From NCBI GenBank assembly GCA_003344405.1, contig NOWV01000003.1:1178001-1242000 (forward strand): 64,000 nt of DNA, read 5' to 3'. The notes under the pieces are model-generated. The model was not told where the DNA came from. It worked only from the letters and a program-made list of their open reading frames with translations, and did no database searches. Below are positions 12,801 through 27,500 of the stretch, one piece after another. Position 1 is the stretch's first letter. The number at the start of each line of letters is the position of its first letter. A program made the translations under genes and the position numbers. The stretch is from Trichoplax sp. H2. Taxonomy: Eukaryota.

Positions 12801-15800
12801 TCAATAGTTAATACATCATAGACGAAAAATTTAAGCTACATTTTAAAATTTTTATGTAGTGAATGTTGATTTTGATATTAATTTCTCGTATAACTTTTTA
12901 GTTCTCCAATCATGGTTATTTAACTCTACGAAAAAATGTCCAGCTGTTCCTTCATGATCAAAATTTTTCTAACCGGCTACGACTGCTATCAAGCGAGTCA
13001 CAAATGCACCTTATTAAAGATCAGTCCGTAATAGAAATTATTCTTGATGGTAATTGGAGATTATCGTTTTGAATCTATGATACTGATTCGTACTTTTGTA
13101 CTGATGAACGATTAACCAGGTGTTCAATAACTAATGAGTAACTTTTATCATAAATTAATACCAAATAGCTTTCTGTCCTATGGATGAAGTACAGTTTATT
13201 GTGCGCCCACATTCATTACGAGTCCATTCCTATCGGTCACCAACTTTTTGCGACTTTTGTGGACAGCTCCTTTTTGGTATAATTCGTCAGGGCTTAAAGT
13301 GTGAAGGTGGATAAATATTCTCTAGAATTAATGAACGAATAGACTTTTTTTATTGTAATCGTTGAGCTTACTTGGTGAATTTAATTTTGTATAAGTTAAA
13401 AATTTTTACTGAAAGCTATCCTACATATTCATTACGAAAGTTTTTTTGGGTTTAGGTTGTAATTGTAATTTTCATAAGAGATGTGCTTTTAAGATACCAA
13501 ACAATTGTACGCCACCTTTGGAAAGTCTGGAGATTATGGCAAATGAGAATAGTACCATTAGTATGGTGTCTTCAAATTCTCCAATTACTAAACGTAGTGG
13601 TCCTAGTGATAACTGGTGGGGTAGCGGTCGACCAGCATGGATTGATGTCGCTCTTCATAAACGTGTCCAAGTACCTCATACGTTTACTCTGCATACCTTT
13701 AAAAAGCCGACCATTTGCCAACTCTGCTCAAAATTGGTTCGTGAAATATATTTACATTTCATTTAACTGCTTTTATTTATGTAGTAAGGTAATTCCTTAT
13801 ATTATTAATGTTGATGACTGTTAATTTCACATGAAAGCTACTGGGGATATGCCGCCAAGGATATCGTTGTAAAGGTAAATTATTAGAAATTGGATTAGGC
13901 GAGAGTGAATATTTAATAATATGCGTAATATAGTTATGATATATAGAATATCAATTGTTCCATTTTATTTTTCATGTCTGATCTGATAGATTGCAAATTT
14001 AGCGTGCATAAAAGATGTATGAAATATGCTGCCAAGAACTGTACCAGTGAGGTCTTATACAGTAAGGCTACCATTGTTCTTTACGTACCTATTACTATAT
14101 TATAATAAAGATCTAGTTGCAAGTTAAAATTGATCAATTGATGATAGATGATAAAGGAGCGCAAGACAGTGATAATCAAGATAGCGACAATGACGATGAC
14201 TGTTCAAGTCAAGGTAACAGATCGTAATTAATATAAGAGCAAAAGTTGCGGATAGTTTAAAGTATCAATGGGAATTACGACTTTAAAGCTATTAACTACC
14301 TCTTTCATACTGGCATAGATCGATTTTTATGACAGAAGTTAAAGACTATCAGCCTACCTTAATTTTGATACATAATGTAGGTTAAATACCGTAATCTTAT
14401 TCATTTTTTAGATCCACTATGTCCAGTTAATCAACGTTCGGTCAATCAGTATGGTACTATTCCAGAAATCAACCAAATAACGATTTCGGATTTACCGGAT
14501 AGTAATCATTCACTTGATACACTGGACACAAATGATGAAAAAAATTCAGGTAGTGTTCTACTGCTGACATTAATCTATTTTTTTTATCGTGTCTGCGGTC
14601 TTATTTGAAATTTTGATGTATATCATTTAAACGGAAGAGTTATAAGGCTATTTCCAGTGTTTGCGTACCGTAAGTTCCGGTATTAATAGGTCTATTCTTT
14701 CGGCTTTTAATTACTTAGCAGATGAAACAAATGGACACTCGGAGTTGACACCAAATGGAAGTTGTATCCCATTACAACGTTTGATACAAACTCAAATACC
14801 GTTGAAAAAACCATCTAAAGAATTATACTCTAATTGGATAATTCATTATACCGACGCAGATCAAGAGGTTAAACGAAAACTTAGGATATAATATATCTGT
14901 ATAGTGCATCATTATTAATAGTATTATCTTTATATTTAATGCACTTACACGCACTATTTATTCCAAATTAAGAAAGTATTTTTTTTTGTCATTTGTAATT
15001 AAAATAATTAATTTGAGATTGTTTAAATTCATATCACTAATAAGTATGCCTTTTCTATTTCCTTTTGTATCGAGCATATTAATTTATAGGGTTTTATTAC
15101 TTTTGATGATAATTTCTAGCGTAAATGCTATTTTTGGGTTTTGGATACAAAAAATTTATCCATGTTCCTAACAGAAGATAGCGAAGAGCCATGCTGTGTA
15201 TGTAGAATGAAAATTCAGTATATCTTCTTTTTAATGATCACACCGTTTATAATATCTCTCAATTATTGATTAAACGCATATTTTAACAATAAATTAACTA
15301 ATTTTTTAACTTTGCATAGATTATACAATTATCAGAAATTCTGAACCTTGCAACATCGTATGGCAGTAATAATTCAATTTCCAACGTCGTTACGCCTTCG
15401 TATTATTTCCTATTCGTTACGGCAAAATTGACGTATTTTGTTGGAGCTCCTTCCGATGAAGTATTATTCGAAAATGGTGTGGGAGAGGAGTTGGCAAAAT
15501 TCTGGGAGAAGGCAATTTCAGAGGCGCTACAACCAAATAGTATTATTAGTGATAGTTCGCTAGGTTTGTACGATATATTTGTATTTGTAATGATACTACT
15601 TGTTCTCCAATATCAACAAATTATTAAGGGAAAAGTAATAATAAAGTCGTATGCTTGTATTAGATGGCTGTAGCCGTACAAATACACCTGGACCTAAAGG
15701 ATACAAATTGGAGGTAAAGCATGGTTATAGTTGATACGAATTAATTTACGGGGGGTATCAACTTTTTTATGATCTCCAATTTTAGGACATCACCAGTAAA

Positions 15801-18521
15801 TATCAGATTGATCAAAATGAGATCTTAGGAGCAGGACAATTTGGAATAGTCTATGGAGGTAAAGTAATGTTAAATGCGATGCCTTAATAGTATTTGTATA
15901 CAAATTTATCAACTGCACTTGTAAATATTAAAGTATTACGGTTAACAATAAGATATATTCATCTATTCTACAGTATTGTTTCAGAAATCTTTTATTGAAT
16001 ATGTAGGTGCTCTTCGTTGCAATGGACGAGCAATTGCAATAAAAGTTGTCGACAAGTCGTTATTTTCATCTACACAAGAAAGACGTTTAAAGAATGAAGT
16101 TGACATTTTACAGGTTATTTAGAATCTCATTCTGGTGATTTACTATAGCGGCATTTGTCCAGTGATAAACTGCAATCCTAGCAAAAAAACGTTTATAGTA
16201 AGTTACATATTTCAGGAAGAACTTACTTATTATGCAACAATATTGCTTATATTACAGAGTGTCTCACATCCGGGCGTTGTCATTCTCGAGAATGTGTATG
16301 AAACACCCGAGAAAGTATGTCATGATTCAAAGAAACGAAATATGCAATACAGTAGTACATTATCACTGAGTGGTTCATAATACGAAAGTGTGCATAGAAC
16401 ACAAAGCAATAGAAAGCATCAATAAGCTAAAGTAATCAATTTCAAAATATATTGTTAGCCTTAAAATATTTTCTGTTACGGTAGGTCTTTGTGGTTATGG
16501 AAAAACTTGATGGAGATATGTTAGAATTAATATTATCTAGTCCTAGAAGCCGACTTAATGAGAGAATGACTAAATACTTGGTTTTACAGGTAATGGAATA
16601 GTACTCAGTTTGTATTACTGTAAATTTAAAGCGTAAATTAAGCTTAACAGAAAATATAACAAATATTTAATATATTTCAAAATATTACGATTTCTCAGCT
16701 TATTAGTGCATTTTAAAATAAATTTGGAAATGATTCATTGCACTCAGACTGCGATGCTGTAGCAACACTATCTTAGTTACTACGATATCATGTCTAGTAC
16801 GGCACTTTACCCTATTGACACAATTTAACAGAAATTATCTATTACTGTTACGAAAATAATAAAGTAATAAAAATTATGCTTCATAATTAATTGTGAAATC
16901 GACTTTTATTCCTTGCAGATTTTGTACGCACTACGTTATCTTCATAGTAAGAACGTTGCCCACTGTGATTTAAAACCAGAAAATGTGCTTATTTTAAAGC
17001 ATGAAGAAGCTTTACCGCAGATAAAACTTTGTGATTTTGGATTCGCGAAGATTATCGGCGAAAGATCGTTTCGTAAATCGATTGTCGGCACTCCAGCATA
17101 TTTAGGTCTGATTATATTCTGTAGCATAAATTACTCAACTTTATGCACGTAGATTATTCTAATTCGAGATATTAACATGATACTTTATATATATATATAC
17201 ATTTGATATATTAATTTAATAGCTCCTGAAGTCTTCAAAAACAAGCGATATAATCGATTGCTCGATTTATGGTCCGTAGGCGTAATCATTTATGTCAGGT
17301 ATACTTGCAATATGTCATAATTTCGGCGTTCATATCAATATATACGAGTATTGATCAATTCTAAGGCAACTAAGCATATTATGTAAAATCTTTTTCTCGG
17401 TGATATTTTATAAATTTGTTGTAGTCTTAGTGGGACATTTCCATTTAATGAAGATGAAGAAATTAAAGATCAAATAGAAAGTGCTGCTTTTATGTATCCT
17501 GATAATCCGTGGGCGGAAATCTCTCGAGATGGTAAGCTCAATCATGATTTTTGACGTGCAGTATTAATGATAGAACTTGTATTCTAATGACAATATACCG
17601 TACCAGCGTGTTTTAACTACGTAAATGCGGCTAAAATGAAGATAACAAAGTATACGTATAAGTATGCTACCAGCTGAAGCATGAAATCAGAAGTTAAAGC
17701 CATGAGCCTACTGTCTGAGCTGATCCCTTTGAGATTTACTTACAGTACATTTCTGAGTCTTTGAATATTATCAATCTATTAATTATAATCAGGAAATCAC
17801 AGCAACTACAGGTCTCTATTTAGAACAAATTATTAGATCCAAATTTTATTTGAAATCAACTGATTTTTCAGATTCACTACGTAAATGTCAATTGCCAGTA
17901 CTTAAATAATATTACAAAGAATACAATAAACTATACAACTATATCTAGTAGAAGGCAAAATTATTATCAGTAAATCTCGATCTTAAGTTACCGTTAAACA
18001 TACCAAATGCCTCTACCGTGTATAAGTTATCCTATAATATAATAACATTAATAGTCTTTGTTATGCATCGATACATTTACATTTGATGTACTATATTTTA
18101 TTTCAGCAATAAATCTAATAAACAATCTATTGCAAATCGAATTAAAGAAGCGATACTCTGTTGATAAAGCGATATATCATAAATGGCTACAGGTTAGTGA
18201 TAGGACAGTAACTGCTTATTTTTATTTCTTCTCTACATGTTATACTTTAATAGCAAGGATAGATTATTACGGACTTTAACTAAATTTCGATAGACAAAAT
18301 TCATTTATTATATGGTATTACTGTTTATCTTACAGCATTCTGAAACAATTGAGGACATCCATCATTTGGAGCGTCATATTAATAAGCTAATTATTCCGAA
18401 AGAAACTCAAATGAGTAGATTGAAACTTGATAAGGAAAGAGTTTATCATATGGAAGGTGGAGCATCTGCATCGTCACATTCCAAGTATCAGAAACAGTTT
18501 GAAAGATCAACCTGCTTATAA
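6893..18521 (+). CDS. PRKD1: Serine/threonine protein kinase D (PRKD1/2/3 family), 21 exons, ~840 aa
   Basis: Exons: 6893-7030, 12902-13049, 13169-13306, 13456-13736, 13838-13874, 13990-14061, 14148-14213, 14412-14549, 14719-14867, 15120-15197, 15320-15563, 15664-15713, 15786-15858, 16007-16113, 16258-16314, 16485-16589, 16919-17105, 17223-17298, 17425-17531, 18107-18192, 18336-18521. All GT-AG and phase-consistent, total 2523 nt. ULD (LFHFGFIRQ...[14 protein letters not shown]...LFLHD...VIEIIL); C1a [43 protein letters not shown]1b [17 protein letters not shown]...HKRC; PH ([19 protein letters not shown]); kinase [60 protein letters not shown]-terminus ERSTCL. Confidence 0.95.
8461..8483. 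repeat. (TAT)n microsatellite in PKD intron 1
   Basis: tattattattattattattatta. Confidence 0.9.
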
Positions 18522-21500
18522 GAATGAGTGGCCGTAATAACGCTTTAAATAATATTCCGTATCGTACAGAATGTTATTTATAATTTTCATTTTAACCCAG
18601 GTATGCGTCATTCTGAATAGCTGTACATGTAAATAGGACTTGCATTACGCAGTGATCAGCTTCGATGCCATTTTCTTTATTTATCGATAGCTTGTGCAAC
18701 TCTCTTAAGAAGTTAAAATGAGATAATACTTGTCCGAAACGTGTTAATGAAGATGAAGAGTTAATTTGATATTCAGGAAATATTTCGTTTAATACTTTAT
18801 TCTTCACCGTAATTGTCTGTTCCTCCATTACGTTTCATTGCATGTTGTTATTATTCGTTTCATACTATTAGACCTAAGTCTAGAGTAATGTTTATTTCTG
18901 TACTGTATCATTTATTAGCGAATCTAGTGATACAAAGTTTACTTTTATCGCATTTTCGAGCTATATGCTATGCTTTAATATTGTTAACTCTAACGACAGC
19001 TGCTTTAGAAGGGGAATGCGTGTTTACAGCTTGAGATTGCTAAAATTCTTCTGCTATTCATTTTATGGATCATGAAATTATTATAAAATATTAGAAAGAC
19101 GAAATTTGTTATAATTATATAATCCATAGTGAGCATGGATCCTTGTGAATAGATAACTTGCATTATTACCCGTTCAAGTTTCCTGTCGTGGAATATTGTT
19201 AAAATTTATAGGGATATTCTAAAAAGTTATAGTTGAATATCTATTGAACATGACAAGGTATTCCACCATATTCTTAAAGTATCCACGATAATTTCTTGTA
19301 ATTGAAATTTAACTATTACTCTAGTTCTTATGATATAATTATTTACCAAATGCTGTCGCAAACAGTTCGTATTTACAGTTATCAGTACTGATTAATTTAT
19401 TTTATCCGTAATGGTATTCCTGCTATGATCATTTTTCAAGTTCAGATTTTATGTTCTGCTCAAGTCAAGATGTGTTTTAATGAACTGTTTTTATTCATGA
19501 TCGTGATTAATGAGTTATTGAATACTGCTTACAATTTTTAATTATAAATATACATAAATATCAATTAATTCCATCGTATTTGTTGCATTGTTTAGTAATT
19601 TATGCAGTAATAATCATGTATAGTAATACGGTGCCACAAATCAATGTAGTAAATCATTTCTTAAAACACTTGCTTTTGTTGACGTCAGTCAATGTAATTA
19701 AAAGCACTTTGCTGTCATTGCATCGTAGTCAATGAATGTACCTTAACAGCTTGTTTCATTATTATCGTTTGGCATTCTGCAATAAAATTTCGAATGCTTT
19801 CTAGGTCATATCAATTCGGAAAGGTATCCACTAATTTTTCAATAGTAATCACTGGATTTAGACTTTACGGTCTTATCGTTAATTGTATTACTGCCATTTC
19901 GAGCTGACAGCGGATAATTCTTATGAGTAATATATCTGCAGTCTATAAATATTGTGTTGTGAACCCCTATTAAAATTTCGGTCTACACTTCTAGGAGTGT
20001 ATTGTGTTTAAAGCCGTAAGTCCAGTAATAGCCTACCATTTACTGTATCTACTGTAATGTCTTATGTAGACGCCAGCAGTGACGTATGATATTAAAGCTG
20101 CCTAAAAGAATAGCAGAAATTTATAACTAATTAGTGCTTAAATGACATCGACGATACACAGTGATAATCTTTAAATAAGTATATACTGACATGAATTGGC
20201 ATATCGTCCTTTAGTATATGCTAAGCTACTTACTGTAACCTCCCTCTGCTGCGTTGTTAGTTCATACCAACACGAAAGCTATCATTGCCATAAGGGTTAT
20301 GATTAGATAAGTAATCAGTTAGCAGCTAGGATATGTGTTATCAAGACTTAATCCGAGACTTTTCTGTCAGTTGTGTTATTTATCTATAATCTTTCTTTAT
20401 AATTGCATTATCGTTAACGATAGCATGAATATGAATATTAGTTATTAAAGGTATTATCTTTCAATTGCTCTAAAATCATGGTAGTATTATGATTTAACTA
20501 AATACCTGCTGAGATAATGCAAAGTTGTGAAAACTACATTTGCTGGTACGCATTTCAAGCCACTTCATTCTACATGTTTTCTCCAAAGGCAGCCTAGACC
20601 GTAGTCCTTTGAATATATGATAAGTACAATCTAAATATGACCTCCTGATTTTGTTCGATCTTAGGCACAGAAAACGAAACTATGGTATAAACATCATGAC
20701 TGTGTATACTAATAATTAATTAACAATTTGTAACAAAACCTCTTCTACTAACTGTAATTAAAGTGTAGTTCACACAAGTAATTTTTGAATAGGAGATTTT
20801 ATTACTGGTTCTCTATCAATTTAGATACTAAGTAGACAATAGTACAGCAAGCTCCGACAGACAAGGAAAAGAAGGACTAAGAACAACAATGACAGAAAAG
20901 TGTAGCTGCTTAAATATGTTATCTAACGTTTACGACATGATAATTGCGAAAAACATAATTCAACACTTCCAGAACTTAGTATGACAATAAAATTATATGA
21001 TTAGTATCTTATTCTACGAAGCTGAAATCAACATGCTTGAATTATCATAAGCATTACTTATATATACCTGTTATTGTTAGCAGCTCTAGATTTTGGTATT
21101 ACTTTTAAGTTATGTCTAATTCACTTCTACATAACATGTTGATAACAATAGCTTGTCTAACAGCTTCACTACACAATTGCGGAGAGTACTTAAGTATTTA
21201 CAAACATAAATTCAATTTCACATTGCGTATTAAATTACCCTTCTTTATATACTTAGGTGTGGTATATGATGCTTATATATTTTATGGTCTCAAATTGCAT
21301 TTTCACTTTTCACACATGATCGAAGGCTATTTTTAGATGTTAATAAGATACAGAATATAAATGATACAACTTATTCATCTGGTCAAGTTATGTATTGCCC
21401 GTTGGCAATGACAGGTTATAAACTGACCGATCAATTTATAAATTGACTATTCACCTGTTCAGTTTATAAACTGCGATATTGAGATTTAGGTGTACCAGTT

Positions 21501-24500
21501 TGAAGCGTCACAAGTACTAGGCGGTAAGACGTATAAGTATACTGCCATACTCGGAGCAAAGATATTTATTGGATATAATCTGTAATGTATACAATACCTG
21601 TTGCAATATATCATTACCATTAAGAAAATTTACAGACTATTAATTATTATTCATTGTAGCATAATTATGAGCGCATGTGATGCAAATACATTTACGCATA
21701 ATTATAACTACGGCTATCTGTGTGTGTAGAGTGATCGGTTATGATATGAATAACGTTACAACCCAGGTTATTGTTACCTAATACTACGGATCATGGTTTT
21801 GTCGTTGAGTATACCCTAAATTTTTGACAGTACTGCACACATAGAAATGATAAATTTAACTTTTTATCAATGTGCCATTAAATAACCTATTTGCTTTGCG
21901 CGTTTGTGTGCAGTAAATGAAAAATAAACTCGTCCTTTACTTCCACCAGGTTTAAATGAATTAGTATAATGCCGCATGTTACAGTACTTAATTGACTTGA
22001 AGAATAAATTTGAGTTGTCTAGAATTCATCGCTGACACCATTCTTTAGCAAACAATATGCACAAAGACATGAACTTGAGGTTAAAAGATAAAACTATCTC
22101 TATTATTAACTTATAGCAAGATAGAGCTATTATAATGAAAACTATGGTGCCGTAAGGCTAGTATACACTATAGTATCGGTACTTGATTGCTTATATTCCT
22201 TTAATACAACCGCTGATCATCGTTAGTACAATACTGCCATTAATTTGATAACAGTTGCACGGAGTAAGCGAACTTAAATAATATCGAATTTCTTATATTT
22301 GAAAGTGTTCTTAACAATATTTATAGATTATAATAACATAGGTTTAATCCCATAAACTTCTAGTATGAATAATGAATGAGTCGGAAATTAAAATATAATT
22401 TAGTCATTCTATCTTTAAATATTTTGTCCATATTGAGTAAGATATAAGATTAAACCAACACGAATATCAATAAATATAAAGCTGATTACACATTTTGCCT
22501 ATTGTTTTAAAATTTCACAGATTCTATAACTAACCGTACACCAACTATAAAACGCTGCAAGGTAAACATTGTAACCGGCAAATAATAACCGTAAAAGCTG
22601 TTAATCGCTTGAAGTGAATTTCTATTAGAGCTTTAATAAAGTAAGCTAGATTATCAAGAAAATGCTTTTTGATTAGGACTACCCTTGAACTCTCCAATCG
22701 ATCAAACTTTAATCAGTGATAACTATTACACAAGTAGAATAATTATTGATCCTACTGTTTGTATTAATTGGCAGGGTATAACAATAAAGTGGTGACCTGG
22801 CAAATCCAGTGTGATATTACGCGTATTTTCCCTATGTTGTGAAATATGAATTTACTTTCTGAATATGTTATCGTTTATACATCGCTTATAGGATTGTGCT
22901 TAAAGTCATAATCTAAGAAACAGTTTTAATAGTATTGTTAATAGTCTCTAGTTTTACCATAATAAGACATCAAAATCATAAAACGAACCATTGCTATAGT
23001 ACAGAAATAGATCATGAGTTAATATAGCAGACCTCTATGACGTTTTAGTATTGTAGAAATGAAAAAATTTAGCTTATGGCTTTGATGCAGATGCACAGAA
23101 TGTAATAAGAATAAAGAAAAGCAACTGTTATAAATCATAGAAAGACGGGATACATAGGGCCGACAAAAGCCGATCCAAATGGCGCCATATCATAAAGGTT
23201 AATTTAATCAACTGGACAGGTGTGTCAACACAATTGCAATGAGACTAGCAGGGTACCTTCTTAAGCCTCAAGATAGCTGTTAAATTATTTAACTATATAC
23301 AATAATAAATAAACTCTTCATCAACTGATTCTTATTTATGATTAATTTATGGGTTCTAGGAACATTCTTCTGGCGTGGTGATGGGAAAAACGTTACTATG
23401 CAAATTCTTATTTGCCTGTATGACGTTAATATCTGATATATCTATAATTAACGTATAGCTAGTACATTTGGCTACTAGAATCTGGAATCTTCTTGCTCAG
23501 AATTATAGAAAATTTTCTAGCACCTATGCTTAGGCTTACTGTCATAAAATTAAGTATTTAGTGGCTACTACTATTATTTCACTTTAAAATATTATTGATG
23601 ATTTGCGATTAAATATGATCAAGCTAGAAGACGGCGTAATGAATTAATAATAACAAAGTGAATTTGGGTAGCTTTACTATTGTAATCATACCAATAGTAC
23701 TTGTATTATTGTAGTTTTATTGTTGTTGTTGGCATCAAATCAGTTATAAAGATGTTTTTCTTTCCTTGCAAAATTACCATTGTCATGAAAATGATAATTC
23801 GTTAATGATTGCGAATAAACTATTTCTATACATAATTGTTGTTTAACTTGAAGAAACGGCTTCGGCTTCAGTCATAAGATGCCGTCATAATCTTGTCAAT
23901 GTAACATCTGTATAAACAGTCGTAAGATGATAGGCCTTGTCAGTCGAAATTGCAACAAATAAATTTCTTATTAAATTGACATAGAAGCTAAGAAATCCAA
24001 CTTTGCTATATCGAAGATTTTCTGATAAAGATTTGATGAAGCGCTAAAAGTAATCGTTTTTGAATACTACGTATGATATAAAAATTTAAATTTTGTGCTA
24101 TGTATCATTGTCTCAAACAGTGTTACACTCCTATCTTACACATTAATTATGATACTTTCTCTGGTATTATAGAATGTGTAATTAAAGAATAATGATCAAT
24201 ACGGCACTTGATAGGTAGAGTTGTTTAAGAGTAAAAGCATTATGACCCCTTCTAATGTTTTAGTGAGTTCGATAATAAATGTTGATGGTGATGGCAATTT
24301 TGATAATACTGAATGATCGAAAAAAATAAAAATTTAGACAGAAATCCTGCTATCAATAGATTGATTCCTACTATAACATTTTATCCACTAGATTATTACG
24401 ATAATTTCGTGTAATAGCGTCACATTACGTTGCCAAAAAAATGTTTTAATTGATCATCAATATAGATTAAGTATATAAATTAAGAATCGCCGTTTCCAAC

Positions 24501-27500
24501 TGCTTGAGAAAAGAAAAATAAGAAGGAATAGATAATTCTATTTATCTGTAGATTAACCTTGCATAACTGATTACAATTATCTATCATCTCGGTTAATCTT
24601 AATATGCCATATAACGTTAATAAAAATTAAAAGAGCTACCATTAATGGTATATATTGACCCTAGAAATATTAAATTAGCGTACTCTGAGCTTTCTGTTAA
24701 GGGTTTTGTTCAGAATAGGGAAATAAATGAATATTAAGATAGGAACAAAGTATCAATTTTTTGAAGCGTCTTCCTAAAGCTATAGTTTTTATCAGAATTA
24801 CTATACAGTAATAGCCTAATGACTTGAGGACAAACATGATTAGTATTGTAGTTAATATTTTTTAACTACATGTAGCTTATTAATCTATTCTCATATGATC
24901 GCCTTAATAAAGAAGGAATACTAGATAATTATGTGAGTAGTAAAAAACAATAAGATGGTAACAGTCCTTCTTTGTATAGAACAGGATAAGATAACAGTAA
25001 TAACTGGCATTGTATTCTCCACACATTTAACGATTAAACAGATATTGTCAATAATGATGTTAACAATGCAATGAATTGTTCAATTCTTGACATTAGATGA
25101 AGGTAGCTAATCGATTAGGTGCTCTCAGTAATGACTAATATAATTGTACTGGCATAGCATAACGTCCAATTTGTTAGTAAGTATTGCGATAAATAGAGCA
25201 TAATTTTATTCATCGATGATATTGTCTCTTTGTCATCTTCCGTATCGTAGCGATTGTCGCTATCTGATCTGATCTAGTTAGACAAGTAAAGGGAATAAAA
25301 ACAACAACAAAAATAAAACTTGGAATCTTTCCATCTTGTTCAGTCAACTAAATACTTCAAAGTTCAAGCAAGTGGTAAGTTTAATTGATAGTAATTGGAT
25401 TAACTAAAACTTGTTAATAGCATGTATAATAGCTTCATATTCACGAAAATATCATGTTAATTTAAATAATCATTTTAATTGATCAACTTCTGTCCGTTAC
25501 TGTTTTATATACGCTACTTTCTATCTCTTTCTAACTACAGTACTACACCAATTCATCCATTTTTGTATTATTTTACTCTTGCAGACCTATTATTTGCTAA
25601 AATAGATATTGCAAATATAGACGGTATGCTATTTTTGAATTTCATATCAGTCACGTTGGCGATTAATCCTTCGAAATGATTATTATTATTACGGTGATAA
25701 TTATTATGACTATTTTAATTTTACGAGAAGTTATAATTTTTAACTCATTGCTGTAATAGCATCCGCCTGGTTGTAAGGCAAAGCGAAGCGTGGACCATCA
25801 ATATCGAGATTGCTTTAATGTTATTTTTTACCATTCTGCCTTATATCTTCTTAGACAAGCGAGTTAAATTCCTGACGTCTTCTCACTTTGATCATTACGA
25901 TGAGTACTTAACTTGAAATGGCATAAGTCCCACTGTAATACTCGTAATATTTTGCAAGCTGCAACCAAAGATATGGAACTATGAGCTTATGAAACTTTAA
26001 CTACTGAATTAAATTCTTACTTTACGTTAATTTTTAATACCAATTAGCATTTATTTTCCCTGTTGTCGATTTATCCAAAAACAATATACCCCACACGTTA
26101 AAACTTCTATTAAAGACATGGGCTTAAGTAAATGGGATATACTTGTTCTGAATTTCCTATTTTCATTTTCCAATCTGATTCTATCTGCACGTTAATTATC
26201 TCTAAAAACTACATCGCACAAAACCTGGGTTTTAATTTTTATACCGTAGTCCTAGAATTTTATCATAATTAAAACTTCGTTTGAAAAGACATGCAAATTT
26301 CTATTTATGATATCTATAGCACGTTTACGCTTTCTGAATGTAGCATTGCGGAAGTGACAAAAGAGTGCTACTTACGGTTTTTAAACGGTTTGATCAGTTA
26401 CTCTTTAGACTCTTTAATTGTTATAGTCAAAGGTATAAGGAAAAGCATCATGAGGATAAACGTTTGATTATCTTGTAGCTATCTAAGTAATAAGGTAGCA
26501 TTTGCTAGTTTATCCAAATAAGATTATCTACATTAGTAATTTAAGCATTGAGTCTAATATTAAACCTTAATAGTTATCATAAATTTGGTACAAGGTGTGA
26601 ATCAGTCTTAATATTCTTGACTATCAGGTATTATCATGCAGAGTTTTTTTAGGAAAGCATAAGATTATACAGAAGCTATCTTTTCTCGATTATCAAATTT
26701 CTGCCTAATCCTCAGTCTTATCGAAAGTATTTTTTGGAAAAGGGATTACTGTGCCAAGGGAATAAATTTATTTAGATTATTCCATACTAACAGTGTACGT
26801 ATATTTAGTAGCCGTTCACTTTATACATATGATAAATTTGCACAATTTCTATTAAATATGATTCAGACTTTATAAAACCTTATATAGACTTAATAGTATC
26901 CAAGGTCATTAGAGTGAACTAGTCCTCTGTAAATTATACCGCGAATAAATATGGTCTATATAATGTATATGCTTATGATACGAGTACATTATTGCTTTAT
27001 TACTGCTTCGTACTAATTCATTGAAACAGAAGCCTCTAAGATTTTAATTGTGAATTACAGCATACATTATTTTAATATTTTCTTTAGCACTACAATAGGC
27101 ACTCTTCACGCTATATTTTCTTTAAGCCAAGCTTATTTCAGGTCTATAATTGAAAAGTTTGATATGTCGCTACTAATCACAATACATTACTTATAGTGTA
27201 CATGATGCAGTACACTATTCTACCTGATATATGGCGTGATAATTCACTGGATCACAGTATATTATCATGACCATTGGATTCACCTACTTTAGGTATAATT
27301 TCGATTACTTTCTAGAAATCTTTGGATAATACTGTCGTATGGTATTGCAATCATCTCTAAGTCAGCTCAAGATACAATCTACGATAATTTTTTGATAGTA
27401 AGCGCTGAGTGTAGCTTTCGCATTTGCTGATGCGAAATAATTTTTTATCTCTAATCAATTTCAGTAGTGATTGACTAATTTTCGCTTTGTGATCTTCGTT

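Noticed and set aside
13483..13824. 113-aa ORF overlapping a PKD exon
   Set aside because: Alternative frame of the C1a-C1b exon with no independent support.
18592..18828. 78-aa minus-strand ATG ORF just downstream of PKD
   Set aside because: No recognisable motif; lies antisense to the likely PKD 3' UTR. A BLASTP or RNA-seq hit would be needed.
23848..23960. GATGA...GTCGAAA segment resembling a hammerhead ribozyme or Penelope end
   Set aside because: Lacks the CUGANGA core and the required stems.
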